Part shown: positions 1 to 10,310 of the stretch, piece by piece | Layout: each line of letters opens with the position of its first letter | How positions within the stretch are numbered: position 1 is the first letter of the stretch | NCBI GenBank assembly: GCA_963823035.1 | Contig: CAWGKG010000010.1 | Span: forward strand, 384,001 to 448,000 | Length of the DNA stretch: 64,000 nt | Source of the DNA: an uncultured Gemmatimonadales bacterium | Lineage (GTDB): Bacteria > Gemmatimonadota > Gemmatimonadetes > Longimicrobiales > Gaopeijiaceae | Direction: 5' to 3' | Notes under the pieces: model-generated | Told to the model about the DNA's origin: nothing | The model's input: only the letters and a program-made list of their open reading frames with translations | The model's database searches: none | Made by a program: the position numbers and the translations under genes

Positions 1-442
1 ACGAGACGCACACGTCCACGCCCTGGGCCAGCGCCTCCTCGCCCAGGTAGGCGCCCCACGGCCAGGCGGCCACGTACGTCTCCAGCGGGCTGTCCACCGG
101 GTTCATCCCGGCGGAGCCGTACCCCCAGAGCACCATCGGGCGCACGTAGCAGTTCTTCAGATCGTTCTTCCGCACCGTGTCCCGGCACGCCTCCACGAGG
201 GTCTCCTCGGCGTGGGCGAGCGGCATGCGATAGATCCTGCACGAGTCGTGCAGCCTGCGGATATGCTCCCTGAGCCGGAAGATCGCCGGACCCTTCGCCG
301 TCTCGTAGCAGCGGATGCCCTCGAACACCGAGGACCCGAACTGCACGGCCACGGACAGGAGGTGCACCTGCGCGTCCTGCCAGGCCACGAACGCCCCGTC
401 CTTCCAGATCCACTCCGCAGCGGTCAGCCCCGACGTGCCCAT
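1..442 (-). CDS. ilvE: Branched-chain amino acid aminotransferase (3' end outside the window)
   Basis: Manual translation from ATG 442: MGTSGLTAAEWIWKDGAFVAWQDAQVHLLSVAVQFGSSVFEGIRCYET...AIFRLREHIRRL...YVRP, the PLP class IV N-terminus; GGAAGG RBS upstream. Confidence 0.92.
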   Translation of the reverse strand, partial: MGTSGLTAAEWIWKDGAFVAWQDAQVHLLSVAVQFGSSVFEGIRCYETAKGPAIFRLREHIRRLHDSCRIYRMPLAHAEETLVEACRDTVRKNDLKNCYVRPMVLWGYGSAGMNPVDSPLETYVAAWPWGAYLGEEALAQGVDVCVS

Positions 443-479
443 TGCATGCCTTCCTTTCGGATCGATTCGGATCGACTTC

Positions 480-1271
480 CTAGAACAGTCCCTTGATCCA
501 ACCTCCGTCCGCCGCCACCGACTGGCCGGTGACGTAGGACGCCTTCTCCGAGCACAGGAACGCCGCCAGCGCCCCGAGCTCCTCCGGCTCGCCCAGGCGC
601 CCCATCGGCACCTCCTCGGCCCACCCCGCGTAGATCTCCTCGATCGACGCACCGGACCGTCCGGCGTTGGCCTCGGCGAGGTCCACGAGCCGCTCCGTGC
701 GCGTGTAGCCGGGCAGCACGCAGTTCACGGTGACGCCGAAGGGCGCTGCCTCGTTCGAGATCGTCTTCGCGAAGCCGGTCACGGCGGCGCGCAGCGAGTT
801 CGACAGGATGAGCCCGCCCACCGGCTGCTTCACCGAGATCGACGTCACGTTCACGATCCGGCCCCAGCGCCGCTCCTTCATCTCCGGGAGGACGGCGCGC
901 ACCAGGTGCACGACGCTCTCCAGGTTGTTGGCGATGGCGGCGCGCCACGTCTCGTGCGAGTGGTCCTCGAAGGGCCCGGAAGGAGGTCCGCCGGTGTTCG
1001 TGACCAGGATGTCGATCTTCCCGAGCGCCGCACGCGCCTCCGCGACGAGCCGTTCGATGTCCCTCGGGTCCGTGAGGTCCGCAGCGACCGCTACCACCTT
1101 CGCGCCCGTGGCCCCGGCGATCTCGTCGCGCACCGCGTCGAGCTTCTCCGCGGAACGTCCGTTGACGACCACGCCCGCCCCCTCGGCCGCCAGCGCGTCG
1201 GCGATCGCGCGCCCGAGCCCCTGGCTCGACCCGCACACCAGGGCGCCGCGGCCCTTCAGTCCCAGGTCCAT
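480..1271 (-). CDS. SDR family oxidoreductase (FabG-like)
   Basis: MDLGLKGRGALVCGSSQGLG Rossmann motif, NTGGPP, SNSLR active-site variant, YVTGQSVAADGG. Confidence 0.9.
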   Translation of the reverse strand: MDLGLKGRGALVCGSSQGLGRAIADALAAEGAGVVVNGRSAEKLDAVRDEIAGATGAKVVAVAADLTDPRDIERLVAEARAALGKIDILVTNTGGPPSGPFEDHSHETWRAAIANNLESVVHLVRAVLPEMKERRWGRIVNVTSISVKQPVGGLILSNSLRAAVTGFAKTISNEAAPFGVTVNCVLPGYTRTERLVDLAEANAGRSGASIEEIYAGWAEEVPMGRLGEPEELGALAAFLCSEKASYVTGQSVAADGGWIKGLF

Positions 1272-1273
1272 GG

Positions 1274-1654
1274 CTACTTCTTGTGGAAGTACGTGTCCGT
1301 GCCGTCCAGCCAGTCCTGCCGCGGAGGGCTGAACACGTCCACGTCGAAGGTGTCCTCCAGCGCCTCGGCCTTGTGGGGCACGTGCGAGGGGATGTAGAGG
1401 ACCTCGCCGGCCTTCACGACCAGCTCCTGCCGATCGGGCGCGTCCTCGGCGCCGATCCAGAAGCGGAGCGCGCCCTCGAGGATGTAGGTGAGCTGCTCGT
1501 TCTCGTGCTCGTGCGTCGGCACGATCGCGCCTTTGTCCAGGTAGACGTGCGCGAGCATCATCCGCTCGCCGGTGAAGAGGCGGCGGTGGATCGTGTCGGT
1601 GACCTTCTCCCGCGGCATGTCCTCCCAGCGGGCGTGTCGGACGGAAGCGCTCAT
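1274..1654 (-). CDS. Cupin domain protein
   Basis: VPTHEHENEQLTYILEG ... IPSHVPH metal-binding cupin motifs, DVFSPPRQDW. Confidence 0.88.
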   Translation of the reverse strand: MSASVRHARWEDMPREKVTDTIHRRLFTGERMMLAHVYLDKGAIVPTHEHENEQLTYILEGALRFWIGAEDAPDRQELVVKAGEVLYIPSHVPHKAEALEDTFDVDVFSPPRQDWLDGTDTYFHKK

Positions 1655-1805
1655 GTCGGCCGTGCTCCGATGCGTGGCGATGTGGGACCGCAATGGGGGG
1701 TGACGGCCGGCCAGTGTCAACCGGTGCCGGGTCCGCGGTCGGCGGTGGCCGCGGATTGTGCGTATAGTAGCACTCGTTCACGATGCTGAAGGGGAGGATC
1801 GGGCG

Positions 1806-3782
1806 ATGAGCTCCGAGGGCCATCTGAGTCGAAGGGATCTCCTCCGGGCGCTCGGCGTGAGCACGCTCGCGATGGGGCTCGGGGGACGGGCGGTGGAGGT
1901 CGGGTCGACGCCGCTCCGTCCGGGCCCCCACATGGGCCGCGTGGGGCGCGCCGCCCCCACGCCGGCAGCACGTCCCTTCGCGCTCCGCGACGTTCGCCTC
2001 CTTTCCGGACCGTTTCTCGACGCCCAGCACCGCGACGCAGCCTACCTGATGGCGCTCGACCCCGACCGGATGCTGCACAACTTCCGCACGAACGCGGGGC
2101 TGGAGGCGAAGGCGCCGGTCTACGGCGGGTGGGAGTCGCAGGAGCCCTGGGTCGAGATCCGCTGCCACGGCCATACGCTGGGCCACTGGCTGAGCGCCTG
2201 CGCGTTCATGGCCGCGTCCACGGGTGAGGAGCGCTTCCACCAGGCCGTGGCCTACGCGGTGGACGAGCTGAAGGCCTGCCAGAGCGCCTCGGGGAGCGGT
2301 CTCGTGTGCGCCTTCCCGGACGGGGCCGAGCAGCTCGAGAACGCGGTGGCGGGCCGGCGCATCGTCGGCGTGCCCTGGTACACCATGCACAAGATCTTCG
2401 CCGGGCTGCGCGACGCCCACGTCGAGACCGGCAACGAGGCCGCGCTCGAGGTCCTGGTCGCGCTCTCCGAGTGGACGTGGAACGCCACGCGGTCGACCTC
2501 CGACGAGACGATGCAGCGGATGCTCCGCGTCGAGCACGGCGGGATGAACGAGATCCTCGCGGACGTGCACGTGCTCACCGGCGAGGCGCGCTACCTGGAG
2601 CTGGCCGAGCGGTTCAGCGACCGCTCGCTCCTCGAGCCGCTGGCCGAGGGGAGGGACACGCTCGACGGGCTGCACGCCAACACGCAGATCCCGAAGGTGA
2701 TCGGCTTCCACCGCCTCTACGGGCTCACGGGGAAGCAGGAGTACCTGGACGCCTCGCGCTTCTTCTGGCGCACCGTGGTGGGGGAACGCTCCTTCGTCAC
2801 GGGTGGGCACGGCGACCGGGAGCACTTCTTCCCGCCGCGCGAGTTCCCGGAGCACGTGCACTCCGCGAAGACCATGGAGACGTGCTGCTCCCACAACATG
2901 CTGCGGCTGACGCGGGCGCTCTTCGGTACCGACCCCTCGTCGGACTACGCTGACCACTACGAGCGCGTGCTCTACAACTCCATCCTCGCGTCGCAGGACC
3001 CGGAGTCGGGGTGGAACACCTATTTCCAGCCGACGCGGCCGGGCTACCTGAAGCTCTACCACACGCCCATCGACTCCTTCTGGTGCTGCACGGGCACCGG
3101 GATGGAGAATCACGCCAAGTACGGGGACTCGATCTACTTCGAGGGCGACGACGGTGTGTTCGTGAACCTCTTCGTCCCGTCCGTCCTGACGTGGAGGGAG
3201 CAGGGGCTCACGTTACGTCAGGTCACCGACTTCCCGGAGGGCGACGTGGTCCGCTTCGAGGTGACGGCGGACGCCCCCCGGGCGACCGCGCTCCACCTGC
3301 GGGCGCCCGCCTGGACGAGGGGTGCGACGGTGCACGTCAACGGCGAAGCGTGGAGCGAGACCGCACGGCCGGACGGCTACGTCTCCGTGCGCCGTGACTG
3401 GAGCTCGGGAGACGTGGTCGAGATGCGCCTGCCGATGGGGATGACCACCGAAGCCCTACCCGGCGCTCCCGACCAGGTGGCGTTCGTCTACGGGCCGATC
3501 GTGCTGGCGGGCCGCCTGGGCCGCGACGGGCTCTACCCCGGTGCGGACATCCTGCGCAACGAGCGCACGACGGGGATGATCCTGGAGACGCCCGTCGAGG
3601 TGCCGGTGCTGTCGGGGAGCGCGCAGCGGGTGCGCGAAAGCGTCCGACCGGTGGCCGGCGCGGAGCCGCTCACCTTCGAGACCGTGGGCGTAGGCCGGCC
3701 GCACGACGTCACGCTGATCCCGTATCACAGGATGCACCACGAGCGCTACAGCCTCTACTGGCAGCTCGGGGACGGCGGCTAG
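1806..3782 (+). CDS. Tat-exported GH127/GH146-type beta-L-arabinofuranosidase-like glycoside hydrolase
   Basis: SRRDLL twin-arginine signal; YGGWE, GHTLGHWLSA, EHGGMNE, HANTQIPK, ETCCSHNMLRL, FWCCTGTGMENH. Confidence 0.88.
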   Translation: MSSEGHLSRRDLLRALGVSTLAMGLGGRAVEVGSTPLRPGPHMGRVGRAAPTPAARPFALRDVRLLSGPFLDAQHRDAAYLMALDPDRMLHNFRTNAGLEAKAPVYGGWESQEPWVEIRCHGHTLGHWLSACAFMAASTGEERFHQAVAYAVDELKACQSASGSGLVCAFPDGAEQLENAVAGRRIVGVPWYTMHKIFAGLRDAHVETGNEAALEVLVALSEWTWNATRSTSDETMQRMLRVEHGGMNEILADVHVLTGEARYLELAERFSDRSLLEPLAEGRDTLDGLHANTQIPKVIGFHRLYGLTGKQEYLDASRFFWRTVVGERSFVTGGHGDREHFFPPREFPEHVHSAKTMETCCSHNMLRLTRALFGTDPSSDYADHYERVLYNSILASQDPESGWNTYFQPTRPGYLKLYHTPIDSFWCCTGTGMENHAKYGDSIYFEGDDGVFVNLFVPSVLTWREQGLTLRQVTDFPEGDVVRFEVTADAPRATALHLRAPAWTRGATVHVNGEAWSETARPDGYVSVRRDWSSGDVVEMRLPMGMTTEALPGAPDQVAFVYGPIVLAGRLGRDGLYPGADILRNERTTGMILETPVEVPVLSGSAQRVRESVRPVAGAEPLTFETVGVGRPHDVTLIPYHRMHHERYSLYWQLGDGG

Positions 3783-3798
3783 GGCATCGACGGACCGC

Positions 3799-6446
3799 TC
3801 ATCCCTCGTTCCTCAGCGAAACGGCCGCGTCGATGCGGGACGCCCTTCGCGCCGGAATCCACGCCGCGACGACGGCGACGGCCAGGAGAAGGAGCGACGC
3901 GCCCAGGAGCGTGCCGAAGTCCGACGCGCCGACCTCGAAAAGGAGCCCCCGCAGGGCGCGTCCGAGCGCGACGGCGACACCGAGTCCGAAGAGCACGCCC
4001 ACCACCGCGATCCCGAGGCCCCGGGCGAGCACGAGGCGCACGAGCGACTCCCGGCGCGCACCCAGCGCCATGCGGATGCCCAGCTCGCGGATCCGCTGCG
4101 ACACGCCGAACGACACGAGCCCGTAGAGTCCGATCGCGGCGAGCACGAGGGCCAGGAAGGCGAAGGCCGCCACGAGCCAACCGATCGTGCGCGTCTCGCC
4201 CATCGAGCGCGACAGGGCGCTGCGCAGATCGACCACGGTCGCGACCGGTAGCTCGGCGTCCGCGTCCGCGACGGCCGAGCGGAGCTCCTGATCGAATCCC
4301 GACGTGCCGCCCGCCACCCGCGCGTGGATGAGCACACGGCTCTGCCAGTTCTGGCTCGCCGGATAGTAGACACCGGGGCGGGGGGGCGCGCGCAGCGAGC
4401 GCATCTGCACGTCGCCGACCACGCCCACCACCCGCCAGCTCGGCTCACCTTCGAGCTCCTTCCCCACGGCGTTCTCGCCCGGCCAGAAGAGGCGCGCCAG
4501 CGACTCGTTCACCACCACCACGCGCTCCGGCTCGTCGTCGAGCCCGCCCAGCGTGCGTCCGGCGAGGAGCGGGATGCCCATCGTCTCGAAGTAGTCCGGC
4601 CCCACGATCGTGTACTCGGCCTCGTAGCCCTCGGCGTCGGGGCGGTCTGCGGGACGGGCGCCCGCCCGGGAGTGGCCGCCCACGATCGGCGTCTGGTTGG
4701 CGAAGGTGGCGCTCCGCACCCCGGGGATCGCGCGGACGCGTTCCAGGATCCTTCCGGCAGCCTCACGCCCGGACCTGGTGTCGTAGCGACCGGTGGGCGC
4801 CAGGTCGGTGAAGCCGACGACGAGCCCGTCGGGATCGAATCCGGGCTCCGACGTGCCGGCGTTGAGCACGCTGCGCCCCAGCAGGGCCGCCCCCGCGACG
4901 AGGCCCAACGACAGCCCGAGCTGCGTCACGACGAGGAGGTCGCGCAGCCGCGTGCGCGCGCGCCCCGCGCCGGCGCGCCCCTCGCGCAGCGTGTCGGAGA
5001 TGTCCCGCCCGGCGGCCGCCCACGCCGGCGCTGCCCCGAAGAGCACGCCGGCCAGAAGGCCGACGCCAGCGAGGAAGAGCCAAACGCGCCCGTCCGCTCC
5101 CACCGACACCGAGAGCGCGAAGGGGAAGAGGAGCGGGAGGAAGCCGCCCGCCGCCCGGACGATGGGAACCGCGAGCAGCGTAGCCAGGACGGCGAGCAGA
5201 AGGCTCTCCGTCACGAGTTGGCGGGTGAGGCGCCGCCGGCCCGCTCCGAGCGCGAGGCGCACGCCCATCTCGGTGGTGCGCGTCGCCCCGCGCGCGAGGA
5301 AGAGGTTCGCGACGTTCGTGCACGTCAGCAGGAGCACGAGCCCGACGATGCCGGTGAGGAGGAGGGAGATGCGCCCCGCCTGCGCGCGATCCTCCGGATC
5401 GAGACCCACGCCCTCGGAGAGGAGCACCCGGATGTCCTCGTTCGTACTCGCGGCCTCGCGCAGCCGGGCGGTCACCACGTTCATGGAGGCACGCGCCTCC
5501 TCGAAGGTGACGCCGTCGCGCATGCGGCCGATCGCGTTGATCCAGCTCCATCCCCACTGCTCGAACGGCAACTCGCCCAGGTAGCCGGGGGTCTGCATCG
5601 CGGGCACCCACAGCTGCGGGGCACCGCCGATCGAGGAGGGGCCGGTGAAGCCGGGCGGCGCCACGCCCACCACCTCGTAGGGCTTCGACCCGACCGCGAT
5701 GGTACGCCCCACGATGTCCGGGTCGGCGCCGAAGTGACGTGTCCAGTACGCGTGGCTGAGCACCACCACCGGGTGCCCGCCCGGCGTCACGTCGTCGGAG
5801 GGCTGCAGCAGGCGGCCGAGGAAGGGCCGCACCCCGAGCACGTCGAAGAACTCCCCGCTCACGAACTGGCCGGGCACCTGCTCCGTGTCCGCCCCGCGTC
5901 CGACCACGAGCGCGTCGTCCGACCACCCGGCGACGCCCGAAAGCGTACGCGCCTCACGCCCGATGAGCTTCAGCGCCGGCCACGACCAGTTGTCCCACCG
6001 CGGCGCCTGGTCGTAGCTGCGCGCGACCTGGACGAGCCGTTCCGGCTCCCGGATCGCCGGCGGGCGGGCGGAGCATCAGCCCGTTCACGAGCGAGAAGAT
6101 CGACGCGTTCGCGCCGATGCCGAGCGCGAGCGTGAGCGCCGCCACGAGCGTGAAGCCGGGCGCGCGCCGGAAGATGCGCGACCGCGTAGCGGAGATCCTG
6201 GAGAACGCTGTCCATCGTCCACTCCTCCTTCCTCATCCACACCGCATGCGGAACGGCACCCGGCGACGAACCCGATCCAACCCGGGTACGCCTGTCCCCG
6301 CCCACCGTCTCGCCGCACCCGCGCGAGCGCCTCGACCTCTCCCTCCCACTCCTCCAGCCACTCCCTCCGCCGATGCGGGCGGGACGACCCGCGACAGGCC
6401 GCGCAGGACCGCCAGGGCCCACCGCGGCGCGCCACGGCCTGCTCAT
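3799..6446 (-). CDS. Duplicated MacB/FtsX-type ABC permease (ADOP-like); several frameshifts in the 5' part
   Basis: [11 protein letters not shown].. / [18 protein letters not shown] / [15 protein letters not shown]...[12 protein letters not shown] / [22 protein letters not shown]; the pieces lie in different frames between ~5950 and 6446. Confidence 0.85.
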
Positions 6447-6758
6447 CCGGCCCTGGTGGCCCGGCGCCGCGCGCAGCTCCGCCGCCGCCTGCGCGATGCG
6501 CTCCGCCCCGGCCGCGAGGGCGCGAGCGCCCTCGGCGCTCAGCTCGTAGTAGCGCCGGCGTGGCCGCCCCTCGCGCTCCGCCACCCGCTGGTCCTCCCAG
6601 CGGGCCACCACCAGCCCGCTCCGCTTGAGGCGGGCCAGCGTCGGGTAGACCGTGCCCGAGGGCAGGCCGGTCCGCGCCACCAGGTCGAGCCCGTAGGCGT
6701 CGCCGTCCCGCACGGCGGCGAGGATGCGCAGGGAGGTCAGGCCGAGGGGGCGTGGCAT
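6443..6758 (-). CDS. PadR family transcriptional regulator
   Basis: [30 protein letters not shown]; the stop probably overlaps the permease ATG (ATGA at 6443-6446) but is out of frame by one base in this assembly. Confidence 0.85.
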
Positions 6759-6901
6759 CGCTCTTCCTGGGTAGAAGTGTAAGGTACGTAGCATTGATAC
6801 TCTTGGACCCACCCGCGACGCAAAGGGTTGCACGGGGGGAACCGGTCACGTGGGGAGCGTGTTTCAGGCGGGTGTGGACGGACCTTCCCGGGAGGTGTCA
6901 G

Positions 6902-7492
6902 GTGGGCGAGCGCGTCGAGAAGACGGACCAGGAGTGGCGCGAGCAGTTGAGCGACGAGGAGTACCAGGTGCTGAGGAAGAAGGGCACCGAGCGGGCCTTC
7001 ACCGGTCGCTACTGGAACGAGAAGTCGGACGGCATCTATCGGTGCAGGGGATGCGGCGCCGAGCTCTTCTCCTCGGAGACGAAATACGATTCCGGGTGCG
7101 GGTGGCCGTCCTTCTATCAGCCGCTCGACGAGGCCAACGTCGAGACGCTGCGGGACCTCAGCCACATGATGGTGCGCACCGAGGTGGTGTGCGCCCGATG
7201 CGGCGGGCATCTGGGACACGTCTTCCCGGACGGGCCCCGCCCGACCGGTCAGCGCTACTGCATCAACTCGGCGTCGATCGATCTGGAGCGCACCGAGGCG
7301 GACGCGGCCGGGGCGCGCGCCGGAAGCCGCCGCGAAGGCCGAGGGCGGCGAGGGACGCTAGGCCCGCCATGTCGTCGGACCGACCCGCTCCGCGAGGTAC
7401 AACAGGGTGGGGGCTTCTTCTACCTTTGGGCGCCGATGCGGGCTCCCGCCGGGGGCCCGGTGGAACCGACCCGACGTCCGGAGCGCGCTTGA
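6902..7492 (+). CDS. msrB: Peptide methionine sulfoxide reductase MsrB (true end probably ~7361)
   Basis: [58 protein letters not shown] before GTG 6902. Confidence 0.93.
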   Translation: MGERVEKTDQEWREQLSDEEYQVLRKKGTERAFTGRYWNEKSDGIYRCRGCGAELFSSETKYDSGCGWPSFYQPLDEANVETLRDLSHMMVRTEVVCARCGGHLGHVFPDGPRPTGQRYCINSASIDLERTEADAAGARAGSRREGRGRRGTLGPPCRRTDPLREVQQGGGFFYLWAPMRAPAGGPVEPTRRPERA

Positions 7493-8109
7493 GCCGACTC
7501 TCTCGCCCCGTCCCCAGGCCGACGCGCCTGCTGGTGACGATCGTCGTCGTGGGCCTCGGAGCCTGCGCGCGCCGCGCGCCGCCGCCCGAGCCCGGCACGT
7601 CGCAGGGCACGCCTCCCGACCTGCGCGGCAGCCGCGTCATGGTGCTTCCCACGCAGGACAACCGCGGCGTCGCGGGAGACGTGGACGCCGAGTTGGCGTT
7701 CGGCCTGAACGAGCGCGGGAAGGGCGTCGAGTGGATCCTGCCCGCGAAGCTGCAGGACGCGGTCGACCGCTCCCCGGGACTGAACGCGACCCTGCGCGGG
7801 CTTCCGGTCGGCACCTTCGAGGCCGCCGAGGTGCGCCGCGTGGGCGACCCGCTCTACGGCGAGCTGCGCAGGTTGGGCGCCCTGGTGGACGGTGAGGTGG
7901 CGCTGATCCCCGTTAGCGCCGCACCGCAGCCGGATTCCACCGGGGCCTTCACGGTGCGCCTCACCACGGCGCTCGTTCACGTACGCTCGGGACGGGTTCT
8001 CTGGTTCGGGGTCGCGGAGGGAGACGCGGGACCGCCGGACGATCCCCGTGCCCTCGCGTCGGCCGTGGACCGACTGGCTCGGACGTTGCTGTGGTACGCC
8101 GGCGGATGA
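7489..8109 (+). CDS. Hypothetical lipoprotein
   Basis: Hydrophobic stretch with lipobox LGAC; GC3-rich coding pattern; stop overlaps the next start. Confidence 0.7.
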   Translation: MSRLSRPVPRPTRLLVTIVVVGLGACARRAPPPEPGTSQGTPPDLRGSRVMVLPTQDNRGVAGDVDAELAFGLNERGKGVEWILPAKLQDAVDRSPGLNATLRGLPVGTFEAAEVRRVGDPLYGELRRLGALVDGEVALIPVSAAPQPDSTGAFTVRLTTALVHVRSGRVLWFGVAEGDAGPPDDPRALASAVDRLARTLLWYAGG

Positions 8110-8669
8110 CCGCGTCGCGTCGCGTCCCGGAGGCATGGATGAAGATCGACAAGGGGATAGGAGCCCGGCTCCCGCGTGCGCTCGTGGTCGCGCTCTCGGC
8201 CTGGGCGTTCGTCGCGTGCGGTCCGCAGACCGAGGCCGTGATGCCCTCGGCGGCGGAAGTCGCCGCGTACTATTCGTACGAGGGTGGCGTGAAGGCCGCG
8301 CTCAACGGGAACGTCGCGGAGATCACCGTGGCGCAGCCGGCCAACCAGCTCCGACGCGGCGGGGCGCTGTGGGCCAAGGTGGGACCCTACATCCTCCTCT
8401 TCTCCGACGAGACGCGCCACCTGCTGGACGAGAACCCGGCGGTGGCCGGCGTGCGCATCATCACCACCGTGGCCGGCGGCCCCGAGGTGGCGCGGGCGCT
8501 CGTGTCGCGCACGGAGCTCTCCGACCTCCAATGGCGGCGGGCGCTCAACATCGCCGGCCGGGCGCGCAAGGAGGGGACCGAGCGCCCCACCCTTCTCGAA
8601 GACCTGGTGCGTTGGGGCGAGGAGCACACCGAGTACGAGTACAACCGGCGCTTCACGAGCCCGCGGTAG
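8106..8669 (+). CDS. Hypothetical lipoprotein
   Basis: LVVALSAWAFVAC lipobox; ATGA overlap with the upstream gene (alternative start 8139). Confidence 0.7.
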   Translation: MTASRRVPEAWMKIDKGIGARLPRALVVALSAWAFVACGPQTEAVMPSAAEVAAYYSYEGGVKAALNGNVAEITVAQPANQLRRGGALWAKVGPYILLFSDETRHLLDENPAVAGVRIITTVAGGPEVARALVSRTELSDLQWRRALNIAGRARKEGTERPTLLEDLVRWGEEHTEYEYNRRFTSPR

Positions 8670-8703
8670 CCGGTAGACGCCGGTTCTCCGGAAGGAGTGA
8701 CGC

Positions 8704-9717
8704 ATGAGCACCACGATCACGGTCATCCCGGGCGACGGGATCGGCCCCGAGGTGACGGACGCAACGCTCCGGGTGCTGCGCGCCGCCGGCGCCCACCTCG
8801 AGTACGACGAGCGTCCCGCCGGGATGGGCGCGCTCCAGCGCCTGGGCGATCCGCTTCCCCAGGAGACGCTCGACTCCATCCGCGCGAACCGGGTCGTGCT
8901 CAAGGGTCCCCTGACCACGCCCTCGGGAACGGGCTTCCGTTCGATCAACGTGGCCATCCGCAAGGAGTTCGACCTCTACGCGAACGTGCGGCCCGTGCGC
9001 ACGATCGTTCCGGGCGGCCGCTACGAGGACATCGACCTCGTGCTCATCCGCGAGAACACCGAGGGGCTCTACGTCGGCGTCGAGCACTACATCGGGATGG
9101 ACGGCGACCCGCGCGCCGCGGCCGAGTCGGTGATGATCATCACCCGCTTCGGCGCGGAGCGTATCAGCCGCTACGCCTTCGAGTACGCGAGGAAGCAGGG
9201 CCGGCGGAAGGTCACGCTCGCGCACAAGGCGAACATCCTGAAGTACACGCAGGGGCTCTTCCTGGACGTCGCGCACGAGGTGGCCAAGGAGTACCCGGAC
9301 ATCGAGTGGGAGGACCGCATCATCGACGCGACGGCGATGCAGCTCGTGCTGGATCCCTACCGCTTCGACGTGCTCGTCATGGAGAACATGTTCGGCGACA
9401 TCCTCTCCGACCTCATGGCGGGGCTGGTGGGCGGGCTCGGCTTCGCGCCCGCGGGCAACATCGGCGACGAGGGCGCGATGTTCGAGGCCGTGCACGGCTC
9501 GGCCCCGGACATCGCGGGGAAGGGGATCGCCAACCCGACCAGCCTGCTCCTCTCCGCGTGCATGCTGCTCGACCACGTCGACCAGCAGGATACGGCCGAC
9601 CGCATCCGGGCGGCCGTCATGACCGTGGCGCAGGGAGGGCTCGCGCGCACCGTCGACATGGGCGGGCCCAGCACCACGACGGAATTCGCGGACGCTCTGA
9701 TCCGGGCGCTGGACTGA
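8704..9717 (+). CDS. icd: Isocitrate/isopropylmalate family dehydrogenase (NAD-dependent IDH3-like)
   Basis: IPGDGIGPEV, KGPLTTP..FRSINV, RENTEGLY, HKANILK, NMFGDILSD, FEAVHGSAPDIAGKGIANP. Confidence 0.9.
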   Translation: MSTTITVIPGDGIGPEVTDATLRVLRAAGAHLEYDERPAGMGALQRLGDPLPQETLDSIRANRVVLKGPLTTPSGTGFRSINVAIRKEFDLYANVRPVRTIVPGGRYEDIDLVLIRENTEGLYVGVEHYIGMDGDPRAAAESVMIITRFGAERISRYAFEYARKQGRRKVTLAHKANILKYTQGLFLDVAHEVAKEYPDIEWEDRIIDATAMQLVLDPYRFDVLVMENMFGDILSDLMAGLVGGLGFAPAGNIGDEGAMFEAVHGSAPDIAGKGIANPTSLLLSACMLLDHVDQQDTADRIRAAVMTVAQGGLARTVDMGGPSTTTEFADALIRALD

Positions 9718-9723
9718 GGGCGC

Positions 9724-10086
9724 ATGGTGGAGCGTCCCTTCTCCCGCACGAACGACGTGGATCCGCTGCCGTGCACCCGGTGCGGCGAGCCCCACGACCC
9801 CATGGAGCTCGATCGTCTGCTCTGGTGTGAGCGTTGCCGCCTGGTCGCGCGCAACGAGGCGGGGTGGTGGGGATGGGGGATCGGCCTGGCCTTCGCGGCC
9901 GGCGTCGTAGCGTACGTCTGGGGCGTGGTGCACCCGACGGACCTGGTCATCGGCGGGTGGGTGGCGACCGTCGTGGCCGCCGCCTGGATCGGCGCGAAGG
10001 TCGGGCGCGAGCTCGTCTTCGGCGTGATGCGCGCCCGTGCGAAGCCCGGGGGCGCCGAGCCACCGGGACGCACCCGGGACGACTGA
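9724..10086 (+). CDS. Small membrane protein with N-terminal zinc-ribbon-like CxxC pair
   Basis: CTRC...CERC followed by two hydrophobic helices; GAGG RBS. Confidence 0.7.
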   Translation: MVERPFSRTNDVDPLPCTRCGEPHDPMELDRLLWCERCRLVARNEAGWWGWGIGLAFAAGVVAYVWGVVHPTDLVIGGWVATVVAAAWIGAKVGRELVFGVMRARAKPGGAEPPGRTRDD

Positions 10087-10310
10087 GGTCGTTCCCCGGA
10101 CGTTTCAGGGCGCTTCCCGGCGTTTCCTGAAACGGTACCGTGAAGGCGGCTCCGCGCCGCTCCGCCGCGGAAAACCCCACAGCGGCAAAGGGTCCCGCGG
10201 ACCGGGGCCCGCCCGCGCGCGCCGTGGCACGGAGGTTGTTTCTGCACCAGGCGGGATGCCGTACCTTCGCGTCGGGATCCCGAGTCCTTTCCCCCATCCG
10301 AGTCCGGTCC

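Noticed and set aside
480..3113. 877-aa ORF ending in the SDR, and many other long Arg/Gly/Pro-rich ORFs (e.g. 37648-40008, 54660-56795, 51279-53639)
   Set aside because: Shadow or antisense frames of real genes in high-GC DNA with no family motifs; the SDR starts at 1271
5970..6833. Apparent PadR-permease fusion ORF
   Set aside because: The ATGA junction at 6443-6446 and the dense indels nearby point to two coupled genes with a sequencing error
7310..7492. Novel C-terminal extension of MsrB
   Set aside because: Low-complexity non-coding-like translation; an out-of-frame TAG at 7359 suggests read-through caused by an indel
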